DNA of 64,000 nt from Amoebidium appalachense (GCA_963693365.1 CAVNZM010000002.1:15719615-15783614), one strand, 5' to 3'; shown: positions 1 to 13,953, counted from the first letter of the stretch. Notes: generated from the sequence alone by a model not told the origin. Translations and numbers: made by a program.

Positions 1-181
1 GGAGGGGGAGGGGAGGGGGGAAGGGGGGGAAGGGGGGAGGGGGAAAAGGAGAAGGGGAGGGGGGGGGGGGGGGGTTGAAGATTAGAACAGTCACAATGGA
101 AAAAGACTGCCAGAAAGTGGGTGATTGGGTGAGTGGAGTGGGGAAAGGGTGGGGAGGGGGGGCCTAGCCACTCAACCCTCT

Positions 182-212
<31 letters not shown>

Positions 213-474
213 CTTCATTCCCAAGCATGGCTAAACTTCTTTATGAACTGGCGAACTTCTACAATAACACCTTCTCTCCGCCTTCTTCCCCCCCCCCCTC
301 TCCCCCCTCACAAGTCCACCTGCTATGTCTTCAACCCCCAAATACCCCTTTTCTCCCCCTCCCCCCCCCCCTCCTCCCCCCCACCCGTGCTCACTCATTT
401 TCATTAATCTCCCTGCCTTCCTCCACCGTATACCTCTACCCTTCCGTTCTCCCCCCCCCCAACACACACACACG

Positions 475-539
<65 letters not shown>

Positions 540-645
540 ACACACGCACAAACACACACACACACACACACGCACGCACACACGCCCAAACACACACACA
601 CACAAACCATCCCTCTCCCCCCTCCCGACACACACACACACACAC

Positions 646-801
646 CTTCTTGGCCTGTTTCTTTGCAGCGTTCTTGTCATCGTCCTCCCACTCTTTGTCT
701 TCCTTTGCCTTCTGTGTCTTTGCCTTAGCGTCCGCCTTTTTCGTTGCATCTCTCTCCTTTGCGACAACCGCTTTCTCGTTCACTCCCATTTTCTTCCCCA
801 T
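646..801 (-). CDS. CCDC124: CCDC124/Lso2-like ribosome hibernation factor, first coding exon (rest lies beyond the window start)
   Basis: ATG at 801 in gccaccATGG context. [43 protein letters not shown] matches the CCDC124 N-terminus (MPKKF.GEN.K...A..R....K...ED..W.DDDK). GT donor at 645. Confidence 0.8.
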
Positions 802-1168
802 GGTGGCGGCTGTGTGTGTGTTTGAGGGGAGTGGGTAGGGGGATGGGGGGGGGGGAGGTTGGGGTTTATGGGGGTGGGTGGGTGGGGAGGGGGGGGGGGG
901 TGGCATCGAAAAGGGAGAGGAAGGGAAAAGGGGGTTGGTAGGGTGAAACAGGTGTGGGGAGTAATTTCAGATTGGGGGAGAGGGGGGGGGGAGGGGGGGG
1001 AGGGGGGGAGGGGGGGAGGGGGGGGGGGGGGGGGGGGAGGAACGGGGGGAGTCTGTGTGGACACCATAAAGGTGAAAAGGAGTGAAGAGAGAAGGGTTTA
1101 GATGAAATGTGAGGGTTGCTGTCGACAATCGTGCCTGGTATGTGTGGTGCCTGCACGTGTGTACTTGC

Positions 1169-1212
<44 letters not shown>

Positions 1213-1480
1213 CCGTGACCACGTGCGTGTGACTGCCTAGCAGTGTCTGCTTGAATGCGCGACACGCTATATGTGTACCCCTGTCGGTGCGAGCGCGTGT
1301 TCAAATGTGGTTCTCAGCATATGCGCGCATGGCGTGAGCTTCCTTTTTTATTACACGAACAAAAAAGTAGGAGTATATGTGTGTGCGTCTATCTGTGAGT
1401 GTGCGCGCGCACACATATGTGCATGTACAAGTGCGTGTGCACGCGTGATTGTGTGTCTGTTTGCATGCGTGCACGTGTGC

Positions 1481-1522
<42 letters not shown>

Positions 1523-2479
1523 CATGCCCACTGTCTGTGTATGAAAGCACGTATCCAGTATGCTGTGCGTGCCTTCCTGCCTGTACGTGTATGTGTGTGT
1601 GTTAAACATGTCAGTAAGTGTGCCGAGCATGCGATTTATCCTTAAGTACCTGCTGGTTTTACCCTCCCTCTACCTCCCTCACACGTTACACACAAACCCC
1701 CACTATAGCCAGACCATACAATAAGTCCCCGTGGAACGCGCACACAGAACCAAAACAAGCACCCAGACACGCACACGCACACAAAATTACGCGTGAACCC
1801 CGCGCACGCACAGCCCCAGTTCCTCTTCTCCAGCACCCCTGCCCTCCTTCTCACTCCCCTTTCAAGTGTCTGTTTTTTCCACCCGTATCCCGCTGTGTCA
1901 AGGTCAACCGCTCTCTCACCTGTATCTCAAAAACGCAACCAAAACTGATTATATAGTCCCTGCGGAGACAAAACCTAACACAACCGTATCTACCAAAACA
2001 GCTTCTACAAACTAAATACACAGCGAAGTTTGCCCAAAAAAACTAAGCTCGAATTGTCTGCAGCTGTGTCATGTGATGATGACTCATCAGCAAGCCCACC
2101 TAAGATACAACGGGCCAGGTCACGGAGGCGCAATCATTGATTTGCGCAAACACTAATGGGCGATGCATTTCTACCGATCTATAGGCGAACCTGGATCCCG
2201 TCGCTGTTCAGAAAACTTTCCGCGTCGAAGCAAGCAGCCGTCGAGCGGGTCATCGGTTGGAAGCTGACTTGGGCAGGGGTAGCCCCAAGCGCAGACGCAG
2301 TCTCTGGCGCCACCATGCCGGTTGTTGCGTCGTGGTACTTCTTGATCTGGGTTGTTTTTTTTTCTTTATTTTTTCAAAACAAGACAACCTGCAACGGCCT
2401 GCTTCTCCGGAAACAAAAGTTCAGTGCATTTGCTTCGTGCGAGTGGAGGCAGAGAGACAAATAAATATATCATACATTG

Positions 2480-2640
2480 TTTTTGCCTTGTGTGGCTGCT
2501 TACCTGACGACTTGAAATGTGGAAGTTGCCTCCGTCTAGGGCTCTGTAGTGGCCGAACCGACCCCCCGGGTTGTCACGGTCTGTAGCTTGCCCAGGAGCA
2601 TGTAGCCGCCGACCATGTGATTGGTAAGCTAGGGCAGCCT
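2480..2640 (-). pseudogene. P-element transposase catalytic-region remnant
   Basis: ATDRDNPGGRFGHYRALDGGNFHISSRQV resembles the THAP9/P transposase motif TD.LE.RFG.YR...GGNY.IS. Lies between the TIRs. Confidence 0.7.
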
Positions 2641-3449
2641 TCTTGTAAAAAACACCGACTATCTTCCCGTAAAGCAACGACGTAGTGTTGTCAGGTGTCT
2701 GGGTGGTGTGGTTGTGTGGGTGTGTGTGCATGCCGTGTGTGCGTGGCCGCTCGCGCACACACCTGTATTTATAGACATGTTGAGGGGAATGGAAAGAGAG
2801 AGGGGAGGAGGGGACAAGGGGGGGGGGGGGGGGGGGGGGGAGGGGGGGGGGGGAATATTGGAGGAGGAAGGGGATCATAACTCTGGTGGGGGGAGGAGGG
2901 GGGAGGGGGAACTGAGGAGAAAGGGGGGGAGGGGGGGGGGGGTTTCAGGGGAGGGGAGGGGTCATGGCTCTCCGGGGAGGGGGTTGGGGAAGAGGGGGGC
3001 GGTCCGGGAGAAAGGCGGGTGGGGGGTGAGGAAGGGAAAGGGGGAGGGGGAGAGGAGGTAAAGGAGGGGGGGGGAAGGGGGGAGCAAGCGGGGAGGCGCG
3101 GGGGGAAGGGGAGGGGGAGGGGGGAGGGGGGAGGGGTGGTGTTCCGTGTGATGCAAGTGTTGGTATTTCAACCGTATTAACCAAAATTTCGCTGGTGATG
3201 GTTACTACAGATGCAACAAACGGGACAGAACGTGTTGACAATGTTCATAATTACTATTAATATGGACACTTAAGTTGCTCAAATGGGTGAGCTGAATGTA
3301 TGTATCTGTTTGTTCTACAATTTGCCAGGCTGCCAAGTCCCCGGACAAATGTGCTCGAATATTGACCAGGTGATCAAACCCGCATATAGTATCAGCTGCA
3401 TGCCGCTTTGATTCCTTCTGCCCTCCCTTAGCTTTCGCTTGGTTATTTA

Positions 3450-3841
3450 CCTCTTCCTATTTCCTCTTCAATTTCTTCTCGGCTGGGTCTTTTCAGGTGT
3501 GCTGTGGTTGGTCCTTTGCGATTGAGAATGTTTTGCGTGGGAACTGCCCCGGCTTTGAGGCAAACTCTCTGCCTCTTGATGGTCTTCAACTCGTTTGTTT
3601 CTTCGTTTACCCAAAGTGATTTGCGACATTATGTCAGACTTGCTTAAGTGCTTCGCATATATTTCCCCGTATTATGGTTTAACCAATCTCTGCCCTCACT
3701 GGCACACGCACTCGGCCACTTAGCAAAACGTTGTGGGTCGGGTTGTGGATCAGGAAAACCAAACACAGGTACCTTGTTTCCTTCCTTTACTTCAGAATCG
3801 TAACCACTTTTGCACCCAAAAACAGAGCACTTCTTGCCCAT
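3450..3841 (-). pseudogene. THAP zinc-finger N-terminus of the P transposase (disrupted)
   Basis: MGKKCSVFGC..GY...VPVFGFP....RFAKW, plus the downstream LKAGAVPT (AVPT box) near 3540-3560. Stop at 3644. Confidence 0.8.
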
Positions 3842-4992
3842 TTTGGGCTTTCAGCGCCGTCTACATTCATTGTGCGGTTGGACAGGAACGGTTTCTCCCT
3901 TCCTCGCTCAATGTATCATCGCAAAAATGGGGCACAATGAAATCTTATTGTGATTATTCTAAGGTGATGCTGAATTCCCGCTCAATCTTGAGGGCATCCA
4001 ATCAACAATTACCAATCGGAGAGGTTCTGGTCAGCCTACTACTTCGCTCACTAGTGTTTGCGCAAATCAATGATTGCGCCTTCGTGACCTGGCCCGTTGT
4101 ATCTACAATGTAGGAGGCCTTGCTCATCAGGCTTTCAGTACATCCCTGTGACGTCAAATTTCTAACTGGTACCCGCGCGGCGTCCGTAGACGGTGACCAC
4201 GTACCGTTTGAAGCAGGCAAAGGAAACATCATACCAATTTCTCCATTTCTCCGAGCGCTAGCCTTTGTGTGAAACGGCCTGGGTGTGTGGAGTTTTTCAA
4301 CGAGATGCGTGGCACGGTCAAACGAATTTTTTGAACATCAACGCACTGAACAGGAGAGAAAATTGGATGATAGCTGCAGCATATGTCAAAACTGCGTGCG
4401 CACGCAGACAGGGAGTGTGCACCGTCAAAAGCATATCCACAGTGGCCCTGTACCAACGGGGCTATGGTGGACTGTAGCACTACGTAACCTCGTCATGTCT
4501 TCAGACAAATACTTTCAGTTCTGGCACATCAGTTGCCATATTTGGGGACAGCCCGGCCCAAGCTTAACATCTACAGGCCAGGAACGTAAACCGTAACTTA
4601 CATTTTGCCCAGGCGCAGAGAGAGCAGAACAACTGGCCGGGATGTGACCGTACAATAATACCTCAACCACAACACTTCCACAGCATGGTTGTGAGTGCAT
4701 ATTGTGTGCCAATAATCGTCATCAGGAGTGCCTTTTCACAGACACCCGCGCCCTTACACGCAGCTTTCATGCCATCTCTTCTGCACCTACAGTGCCATGC
4801 TTCTTAGCCACAAAAGATGCACCACTATGTGCAACTGATTCGGTTTTTTTTTTTGCCGGGCCGGACCAAACCTTGGCCCGCGCCCGGTGGTTTTATTTCT
4901 ACGAGCCCGCGGACTGGTTGTACCCTTTACTTCTCCTGCAACCCAACCCAACGTGTCAGCTCAACAGTTCACAGCCCCAGTCTCCCGCCCTC

Positions 4993-5048
4993 CAAAATGG
5001 AGTTCATCAAAAGATTCCCGACAAAATGGAGTTCATCAAAAGATTCCC
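4993..5048. repeat. Tandem duplication, 29-bp period (CAAAATGGAGTTCATCAAAAGATTCCC x2)
   Basis: Read directly from the sequence. Confidence 0.9.
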
Positions 5049-5751
5049 ATCTGCCTCTGGCACCCTACCCCCACCCCCTCTCTCTCCTGCCCCACATCTC
5101 CCCTCAAAGTTCGTGCACACGTGGCTTGTCTTGTCTCACGCAAGCACGTGTGTAAGTGGGGCGTAGAACAAGTGGTATAGGTGGTGAAGGGACACCTGAA
5201 GAAGCCAGTCTTCCAATTATGGTGTGCAAGTATTTCGAATCAACGTCCTTCTATCACAGCTGTATGTGTGTGCACGGAAGAACCAGACAAGCACGAGGGG
5301 ATGGTGATAACAGAGACTGTAACGTGGGTGAGCTGAGTTGGTGTGCGCTTCTTTTGTGTCTGCCTTTTAGAGATGCACGCCATGGACCTTCGCCATCCCA
5401 TTAACCAAAAGTGCATCGCCAGCCTCATCATTCCCCACATTGCAAAGACAGGATTCCCTAATCCCATCCCCAAGGAGGAAACCAACAATGGTGCCCATAT
5501 GATTGGGTGAGCATCCACGAAGCGACGCTGCCATGTGTGCAGGCTACGGACCTTCCCACCCCATCCAGTACAGCATAAAGAAAAACCAGAAGAATGCCGT
5601 GCAATAAACATAATACCCCATAAATCACAGCGGACCCTCCCTTCTCTCCGGGGCCTGAGGCAACCCGCAAATCACAAAGCACATTATCAAGGGTAGCAAA
5701 ATACTCCCCCTCTCATCCCCCCGGGGAGGGACCCACACATCACACACTCTA

Positions 5752-7880
5752 TCAGGGGCTACTTACGGGGACCTCGCGCTCGCCGTTGTTAATCTGCTCG
5801 ATGACGTCATGTGGGGGGCAGCCATCGACGGTGCAGCCGATGCTCTGTGCCGTGCCGAGGATCTCCTTGACCGTGCCCACAAGGCCGCGGGCCATGCTGC
5901 GCTCACGCATGGTGCGTGCAATATCGATCACAGACTCGTAGCTGATGTTGCCATCGTGCTTGACTGCAGAGGAAGCCAGGAAAGGCATGTTAGAGCACAT
6001 GTATAATTGCCAAAAACATCTGTCCAGCCCACCACGCTTCAAAGTAGGTGTTATGTTCTGGCACAAAAAAACACGCAGTCGGGAGGTGGCAAACATATAA
6101 CCGTATCGAAGCTGAGAGGGCATCAATGTTCTGGCACAAAAAAACACGCAGTCGGGAGGTGGCAAACATATAACCGTATCGAAGCTGAGAGGGCATCAGT
6201 GATGGGCTTGATTGCAAGTCATATTCTGCATTTGCCGTGTTTGAGACTGAAAGGCCGGGCTCCAAAAACCGGTAGGTATCCAAAATGTACTGCCATTCCT
6301 GAAAAATGACATCCACGGCATACCACATTCCACCATCATAAAGGTCAAGGCAACTTCTAGACTGGGATAGAACAAAGCCACCGTATGTTGGTGACAATAG
6401 CCTGGCACGTTCCAACTGTGCGCCCTAACTACCGTACGATAAAAACGACTCTGCCTCCAATTTTCATCACCTTCACTTGAGAAACTAGACCTTGGAAATA
6501 CGAATGTAGCCGGGACTTGGTGCACTTCACGGACCAAGTGCGTGTGGAGAGTATCCTGGAGCTCGACACAGGAATCTGCTCACTATCAATTATGAAAGAC
6601 CGTTGACTCCCTTACCTATCACCTAGCCTTTCATGCCAATCGCCACCTATCACGCCATGATAATACCATTAACAAGTCCCGCACCTCATCCATAAACCTT
6701 GTGGAACCTATAGTTTGTCCGAGGACTGCACCAAGCACTTGAACAGCACAAAAGCACGCAAAACATTATGCCCACCATTAGTCACGAAGCTTAACGTATC
6801 ACACAGAATTCGGGAACCAAGCAACAACAAGCATGCCAACTCACCGTTCTTGACCTTCTTGCGGTCACGGGGGGGCTCCTTCAGGGCCTTCATGACGAGG
6901 GCCGAGGCGGAGGGGACAACAGCAACGGTGGCATTGCGGTTCTGGATGGTCAGCTTGACCGTCACCTGGTGGGTGGGTGTGTGTGAGCGCGGAAACAAGG
7001 GGTCGTGGGAGGAGAGGTGGTGGTGTGGGGGATGTGCTCAGAGGGAATTAATCGGCATGGACAGCAAGCTGTCACATACGGAACGAGGAATTCAGCTGTC
7101 ATCAAAGCACATGATTATAAGAACATGGGCATACTTTCAATAACCCCACGAACGCTTTTGCTGCTACCCTATGTGCAAGCAAGGTGTGTGTGTAGGCACT
7201 GCATACGAGTCTTGCTCATTCGTATACAAGGCACGACAGGTGGCCAGCACAGAGACGACAACACCCGCGCAGCCACGACCGAATACCCTGATGTGTAAGA
7301 GCGTGCATGCAAATGTGCCCAGCAAGCATGCGTCAAACACACATGAATAGCTAGAAACACATGAAGTCTGTGGCATGTGCCCACGAAGCACCCACACCCA
7401 AGGCCACGTACCTTAAGACCCTTCCAGTCCTTGGTGCCCTTGGCGATGTCATCACCGACCTTCTTGGGCGACAGACCGAGGGGACCGACCTTCGGGGCAA
7501 GTGTTGAGGCAGCACCGACCTCACCACCGACCGCGCGGAGGTAGACTGCGTACCCAACAAATGAGAACGAGTGTAGGTGTGTGGCACTGAGAATAAACAC
7601 ACACACACACCGACCTCACTTGCAAACATACGTGCACGCACGCACGCACGCACACATACGGGCTCACATAACGTAGCTAGAGCCACTTGCACGATTAACA
7701 AGAACAAACTTCAAGCTGCCCGGCATAAAAGAAAGTCATAAGTGTAGTGTCAACTGCCGTTGATGTGTGCTAACTAGGGATGGCACAATAGAACTTCTAG
7801 CGATAGTGAGCAGCAAAACGACTACATGGGCGTTGGCACTTACCGATCTTGATCTCGGTGGGATCGAACTTGGGAGGCAT
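5752..7880 (-). CDS. RPL12: 60S ribosomal protein L12 (uL11); exons 7880-7844, 7545-7412, 6965-6845, 5963-5767; terminal micro-exon not located (or read-through to stop at 5752)
   Basis: [48 protein letters not shown]...KEPPRDRKK...[15 protein letters not shown]. All GT-AG junctions keep frame. GTAAGT at 5766 suggests one more intron. Confidence 0.96.
6053..6198. repeat. 73-bp perfect tandem duplication in RPL12 intron 3
   Basis: 6053-6125 equals 6126-6198. Confidence 0.92.
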
Positions 7881-9184
7881 TTTAGCTTCTTTTTACCTGC
7901 AGAATGGCATATGTCAGATAATGCTTGTATAGTAGTTGCCCTTCCCTGCAATTAAACGCCTATCCAGTGATGTACCAGCAGTAATAGATCGTACCAACAA
8001 TACTTATAGCACTAGTTATAAAAAAATCCCTTTCGGAGTCATGCTTCTGTGACGAGCCCGAAGCTGTTTACGCCCAAAAAATGCCAGCATCGTAAACCTT
8101 CCTCCTCTTCTCCATCCCACCCATAAATTCCTTCAGGTAACTCCCAAAACGTATGGAAGAAATATCCTCAAACGACGAAATGGCTGCATCATATCTGCAT
8201 CATCATACGTCCACATTACAATCCAGTTGAGCTGTGTCCACTGTAACCTGCGAATTCGCTAAAGGTCCTGTCGAGAATAGGGTCCGGAAGATGTTGGTTC
8301 GCCAAGGTATGTGATGCACGGTCAACTGGATATCAATGTACTTGCTAGCATAGATTGTCAATAGTAGACCTGCCGGCCTAGTTGTCATAGTATGAAGTGC
8401 CTATTTGTACTGACACTATATTCCGAGCCCAAAACGTAGCTGATGCATCCTCCCTCTTCGGATACTCCAACGATTCATAATTTCCCTCCCGGATCCAGAC
8501 AGATTCGTCCCCATCCTGCAACGTAGAATCGACCACCCTCGATGTGCATCCGTGCATCATCCGTCCCCTGTGTGCTAATCCTATCGGAAAAACTGCATAT
8601 GTCCCCCCGCGATAAATCCTGTACAAATTTCACGTTGCCGGCACCATGCTAAGGTTTTTCGTTCTCTCTCTAGATAACTCGGGGACTTACGGGGAATCCC
8701 GGCTACCCAAGAGAAAGAGAACACAGAGGTGCCACGGAACAGCTTTTGACGATCACGGCAGCCTCATGTCCCGACTGACAGCAGCCAATCAAAGAGAATA
8801 AGCTCTAATTTCTGGAATGTGCGTAGGCCTTTCATGATTGGATGTCATTAACAAGGTGAGAGCACATCCAATCATAATGCATTTTGAGGCGGGTAAGAGC
8901 GATGCAAAAAGGACACACAGGCACAACAGCCTCATCTCCCGACCCCAGATCCTGGACCCGAAATCATTGAAGTAGGCCGCTTCTATATGTTCCTGCGGCG
9001 TATACAGAAAGTCGATATGAATCATGTTCTAGACGTTGACACGCGTACGCTAAGTGTATGCACCGTTTGCATAACTATTATGAAGCACTACAGGGGTAAG
9101 CCGAATTTAAGATTACGTGGATTTTCGCCCTAGCGGGCTAGAATCTGAATTCTGCAACCCCTAGCCCAGCACAATCTTAAATTG

Positions 9185-9281
<97 letters not shown>

Positions 9282-9836
9282 GGGAGGAGGTCCGGGAGGG
9301 CGCTTGCGTGTGTGTGTGTGCGTCACTAGTACGTACAAAAAATCGTCACAAGCCAACGTAAAAAGAGGCAAACAAAAAACTCAGTCTGTCTGATGTGATC
9401 AAAACTCTGACAAAACACTGGCAAAAAACAAAATAAACTAAAAATCAAAAACTATATTATCTGTTCCAAACTACCTCTTTGGAGTGATCGAAAACTACGG
9501 CAAAACAAGAGCAAAAAACAAATTGAAAAGCTATTACAACCTTCTCAAACAATCAAAACAAGACCGCGTGACGTGTATGCGACTATAATTGCTACAAGAC
9601 TGTCACAGATGATTTGGGGATGGAATACTGCATGAAAGCATATTTATCGTCATGCAGGATTGGCCGGCCCACACTTTGGCCCGTGCATATCCGGCACTGA
9701 AGCAGCAATTAATATCATGCAGTGCACTTACATATACACATTATCCTCCCCCTTCCCCCCCCCCCCCCCCGTTCGGAGTCTCCCCCTTTCTCCCCTCCCC
9801 CCCCTCCCCCCCCCTCCCCCCCCCCCTCCCCCCCCC

Positions 9837-9874
<38 letters not shown>

Positions 9875-9949
9875 CGCCCCCTGGCCGCTGGGCTGCCCTT
9901 GCTCGCCTCCTCTCCCCCTCCCCCCCAGCCCACACACCACACACACACA

Positions 9950-9990
<41 letters not shown>

Positions 9991-10240
9991 TCCCTCTCTC
10001 TCTCTCTCTTCCCCTCTCTCCCTAGAGAGAGAGCTCTCTTTCTCTCTCTCTCTCTTCTCTGTAACACGCACCTCCCACACCACCCCAGAAAAAGGCCCCA
10101 GGACTTCAGGGGGGAAGAAACGTTTAGGGCTGGGGGGAAGCGGGGTGGGAGGGGGGGGGGGGAGGGGGGAGCATATAAGTTTTTCAGCACATATGGTCGA
10201 TGGTATGTGGGGATATTAATGGTGTGTGGGAACATTAGTG

Positions 10241-10278
<38 letters not shown>

Positions 10279-10279
10279 G

Positions 10280-10321
<42 letters not shown>

Positions 10322-10463
10322 ACAGCGTGTGTGTGTGTGTACACGTGTGTTTGTGTGTGTGTGTGTCGCGGTTTGTACGTGTATGGTGGCCATGTTGTGC
10401 GTGTGCTTGTGTGTGTACATGAGCTTGTACATATTTAAACTTGTGTGTGTGTGGGTAGTGTGC

Positions 10464-10522
<59 letters not shown>

Positions 10523-10724
10523 TGTCGTACTACGGTGTGACTGTGTGCTAGTGTACACGTGTGTGTGCACGTGTGTGTGCACACGTACACGTGTGTGTGT
10601 GTGTGTGTATTCACTGTGTGTGCTGTACATGTGTGTGTGTGTGTGTGCACATGTGTGCCTGTGTACGTGTGCGTATACGGTTGAGATATGAGGTAGTGAT
10701 CATGAGTGTCTGCGTGTGCCTGCC

Positions 10725-10756
<32 letters not shown>

Positions 10757-11215
10757 TACCCCATCCCTTCGGACCCCCTCCCCCTCTCCCTCTCCGGAGC
10801 CACGAGAAATGGCTGTCACCTGCCCCTCTTAACTTCTCGCCCCACCTCCGAACTCGGCAGACACTCGAGCGCTCTCCAATGGCTGGCCGTCCTTCTCATC
10901 CTCCGGAATACACCCACCGTTTCACCGGTGCACCGGGTCCATTTCGTGTTTAAACATTTTTCGCCCGTGCTCTTAGTTTGTGTGATGGATTTCAAAGTGT
11001 GCGTGTACGTGCTGCGTGTACAGGACGGGCCATCCCCGGGCCCGATCGCGAGACGCCCTATATATTGTCCAATTGCAACCTGTCTGTATGTATGTATATC
11101 TGAGTTCTTCTTTGAGTATGTATGGAAACTACGCCGGTGACACTACACGTGCACCTGACCGGTCGTTCGCGTGCTCGCTTACATACAGATCCGCTCTGTA
11201 TTCGTTGTGTACTTG

Positions 11216-11259
<44 letters not shown>

Positions 11260-11665
11260 ACACACACACGTGCACACACATAGTTTTTAAGCCCATTTCA
11301 AAATCCCAAAAAAACGGGCTAAACCATTGTGACTTAGAGCTCAAAACGGTCGGACTTGAACTTATTTGAATGATTTACTAAACTGAATTTTAAAGAAAGG
11401 TTTTAAAATCCAGGATGCCAGTATGATTCGTCTAATAGTATGTACAGTTTCGTAGCTTTGGCACAATTGTGAGTATGCTACGGGACCGTCGGGAAAAACC
11501 TCACCAAAATGATAGGCACCTCACTTTTAAAATTGAGCATTTTAGGGGCCCGGAAAGCGGCACTAGTTTGATATGTATAATACCGCTAAAATGCATGTGA
11601 ACATTAAAGTCACGAGGGCCTTGAGGCCTGCCAGATGAGGATGGTATCATCAATGATTTGTGCTT

Positions 11666-11700
<35 letters not shown>

Positions 11701-11799
11701 ACCCACCCCCCTCCCGGATCCCCTCCCCCAACCCACCCACACGCACACACCCTCCAAAAAAATAAAATGCCCCGCACAACGTGAACTCCCCACCAAGCT

Positions 11800-12966
11800 T
11801 GTTGGAGTGCAGACTTACGCTCACTCCACAATATGTGTATGTTAGCTTTACAATTGGTTCCGTGTACACAGACACACGCTGACACTCGATCACCACATGC
11901 ACATCTGCATAGTTGAGGAATGTTGCCAATTGTGTTTTGACTGCAAACGATTGGTTCACTGGTCCCAGAGATCTCTAAATGAAAGTAACCAATCCGATTA
12001 GCACCTGGCATCCGGATTACATTCCAGACTGCTGCCCCACGGGTATATAAGCCACGTCTCTGCCAGGTGCAGACATGGAGTTCAGACATGGAGTTCAGTC
12101 ATGGAGTTAAGTCATGGAGTTAAGTCATGGAGTTCAGTCATGGAGTTAACACACTGAAAGCAGTAAAAAAACGGGTCAGCGCCCAAGCGCGCCACGACGA
12201 CCCTAGTCACAGCGGACTCTACTTCCAACAGGGTTATGGGCCCAGACACGACACCGCGGCCTCTAACTTCACGTCCCCTACGACGCCTTGAACGGAGGAG
12301 CCCAGAAACCGACTTCTAGGCTGTACCCTACACCCGCGAGCGTATTTCCGTGAAGTAGAGACTTTCGCTTCCACAAACTCCATCCGCAGCAGCCTGCGAC
12401 ATCAACGTCAAGTATTCCACTTCATTGGCGGGGCACGCACCACAGTGGAATGCACACCCCGGTCTACCCTGCAAGCAGCCACACTCACTCTCTCTTCTCT
12501 ACAGTGGTGTGTACACTTCTCCAATTGGGTAGGGGTGTTGGAGTGCAGACTTACGCTCACTCCACAATATGTGTATGTTAGCTTTACAATTGGTTCCGTG
12601 TACACAGACACACGCTGACACTCGATCACCACATGCACATCTGCATAGTTGAGGAATGTTGCCAATTGTGTTTTGACTGCAAACGATTGGTTCACTGGTC
12701 CCAGAGATCTCTAAATGAAAGTAACCAATCCGATTAGCACCTGGCATCCGGATTACATTCCAGACTGCTGCCCCACGGGTATATAAGCCACGTCTCTGCC
12801 AGGTGCAGACATGGAGTTCAGACATGGAGTTCAGTCATGGAGTTAAGTCATGGAGTTAAGTCATGGAGTTCAGTCATGGAGTTAACACACTGAAAGCAGT
12901 AAAAAAACGGGTCAGCGCCCAAGCGCGCCACGACGACCCTAGTCACAGCGGACTCTACTTCCAACA
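11800..12966 (+). mobile_element. TRIM / non-autonomous copia-derived LTR retrotransposon
   Basis: Two 431-bp LTRs (11800-12230, 12536-12966), each TGTTGG...CCAACA and apparently identical. Flanking AGCT duplication. PBS GGTTATGGGCCCAG just after the 5' LTR. PPT GGGTAGGGG before the 3' LTR. TATA (TATATAA) in the LTR. Confidence 0.93.
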
Positions 12967-13889
12967 AGCTGAACACCACTAAATCCACCAGCTGCAGCTG
13001 CCCTTCCTCCTGCCTCAGGTCCCTGAATCAGATATATATATATCCAGGCACATATTTTTTCTGTTTAGTTTTCCCAGCCATCCTGATTAGGACCTGTAAA
13101 TGGAGGGTTAAAAAAAGAAGGAAAAAAAAAGAGAGAGCGAGAGAGGGAGAGAGAGAGATCTACGAGTACACACATACCAGGTCCTACGTAGTGCCCTTTT
13201 GATGTGCTTTTCCAAAAATGATATTTACACGGTGCAAAGGTCGGCGTCGGGATTTGGAAGCATGGCATGTCTTGGCTGGGAAGCGGTGTTCCGAGTCGGA
13301 CTGATCACAAGAATTCCGACACTGGGTAGATTACTGATGGCGATCTTACGGTGGTTTGAGGGATCGTGCCAGGCACACAAACAGTATAACATCGATATTT
13401 ACGTTTACACGAAACCATAGGGCCAGATGTTACAATGCCTCATCCCTATGTGCACACAGTACCTCGTGATGCTATGTGCGCCGACGCCGAGGGTCACACA
13501 CGTGCACAACCCACATGTGCGCAGATGGGTGATTATCGTCTGTATTTGTCTTCAGTATTTTATTGAATGGATTTATCCTGAGCGATAGCCCATGCATATA
13601 GTGTTAATAATGCATCACTCTGGCCTGCACTCTTGGCACCTTGCTATGTAATCTGCACATCTCCCGGGTTGTGAATATATTTCAGGCACCAGCATATGCC
13701 ACCTATTTGCTAGCTTATAGCCACACTCTTATGGTTGCGTCACAGGCCGAAAACAACGTATTATTTCATTACAACATACCTACTTCTTTCCCAGCAAATC
13801 TTACCTTGAGAAAACCGGGAATCTTATCAACTAAACGAGAAACACAGAAACGCATCAGAAAAGAATGAGACAACAGGCGGAAGAAAGCT

Positions 13890-13953
<64 letters not shown>

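Larger units (their letters stand above)
2091..4122 (-). mobile_element. Internally deleted, non-autonomous P-element (THAP9-like) DNA transposon
   Basis: 8-bp TSD CTCATCAG at 2083-2090 and 4123-4130. Termini CAAGCCCACCTA / CAAGGCCTCCTA. ~60-bp inverted repeat 2103-2163 vs ~4046-4104. THAP and transposase remnants inside. Confidence 0.9.

Noticed and set aside
12070-12150. CATGGAGTT repeats (and the 30119-30279 repeats) as a CRISPR array
   Set aside because: Units are too short, there are no unique spacers and no cas genes, the context is eukaryotic, and these lie within LTRs or a minisatellite.
11501-12825. Duplicated ORFs MNQSFAVK... / MSELHVCT...
   Set aside because: Incidental antisense frames of the duplicated LTRs.
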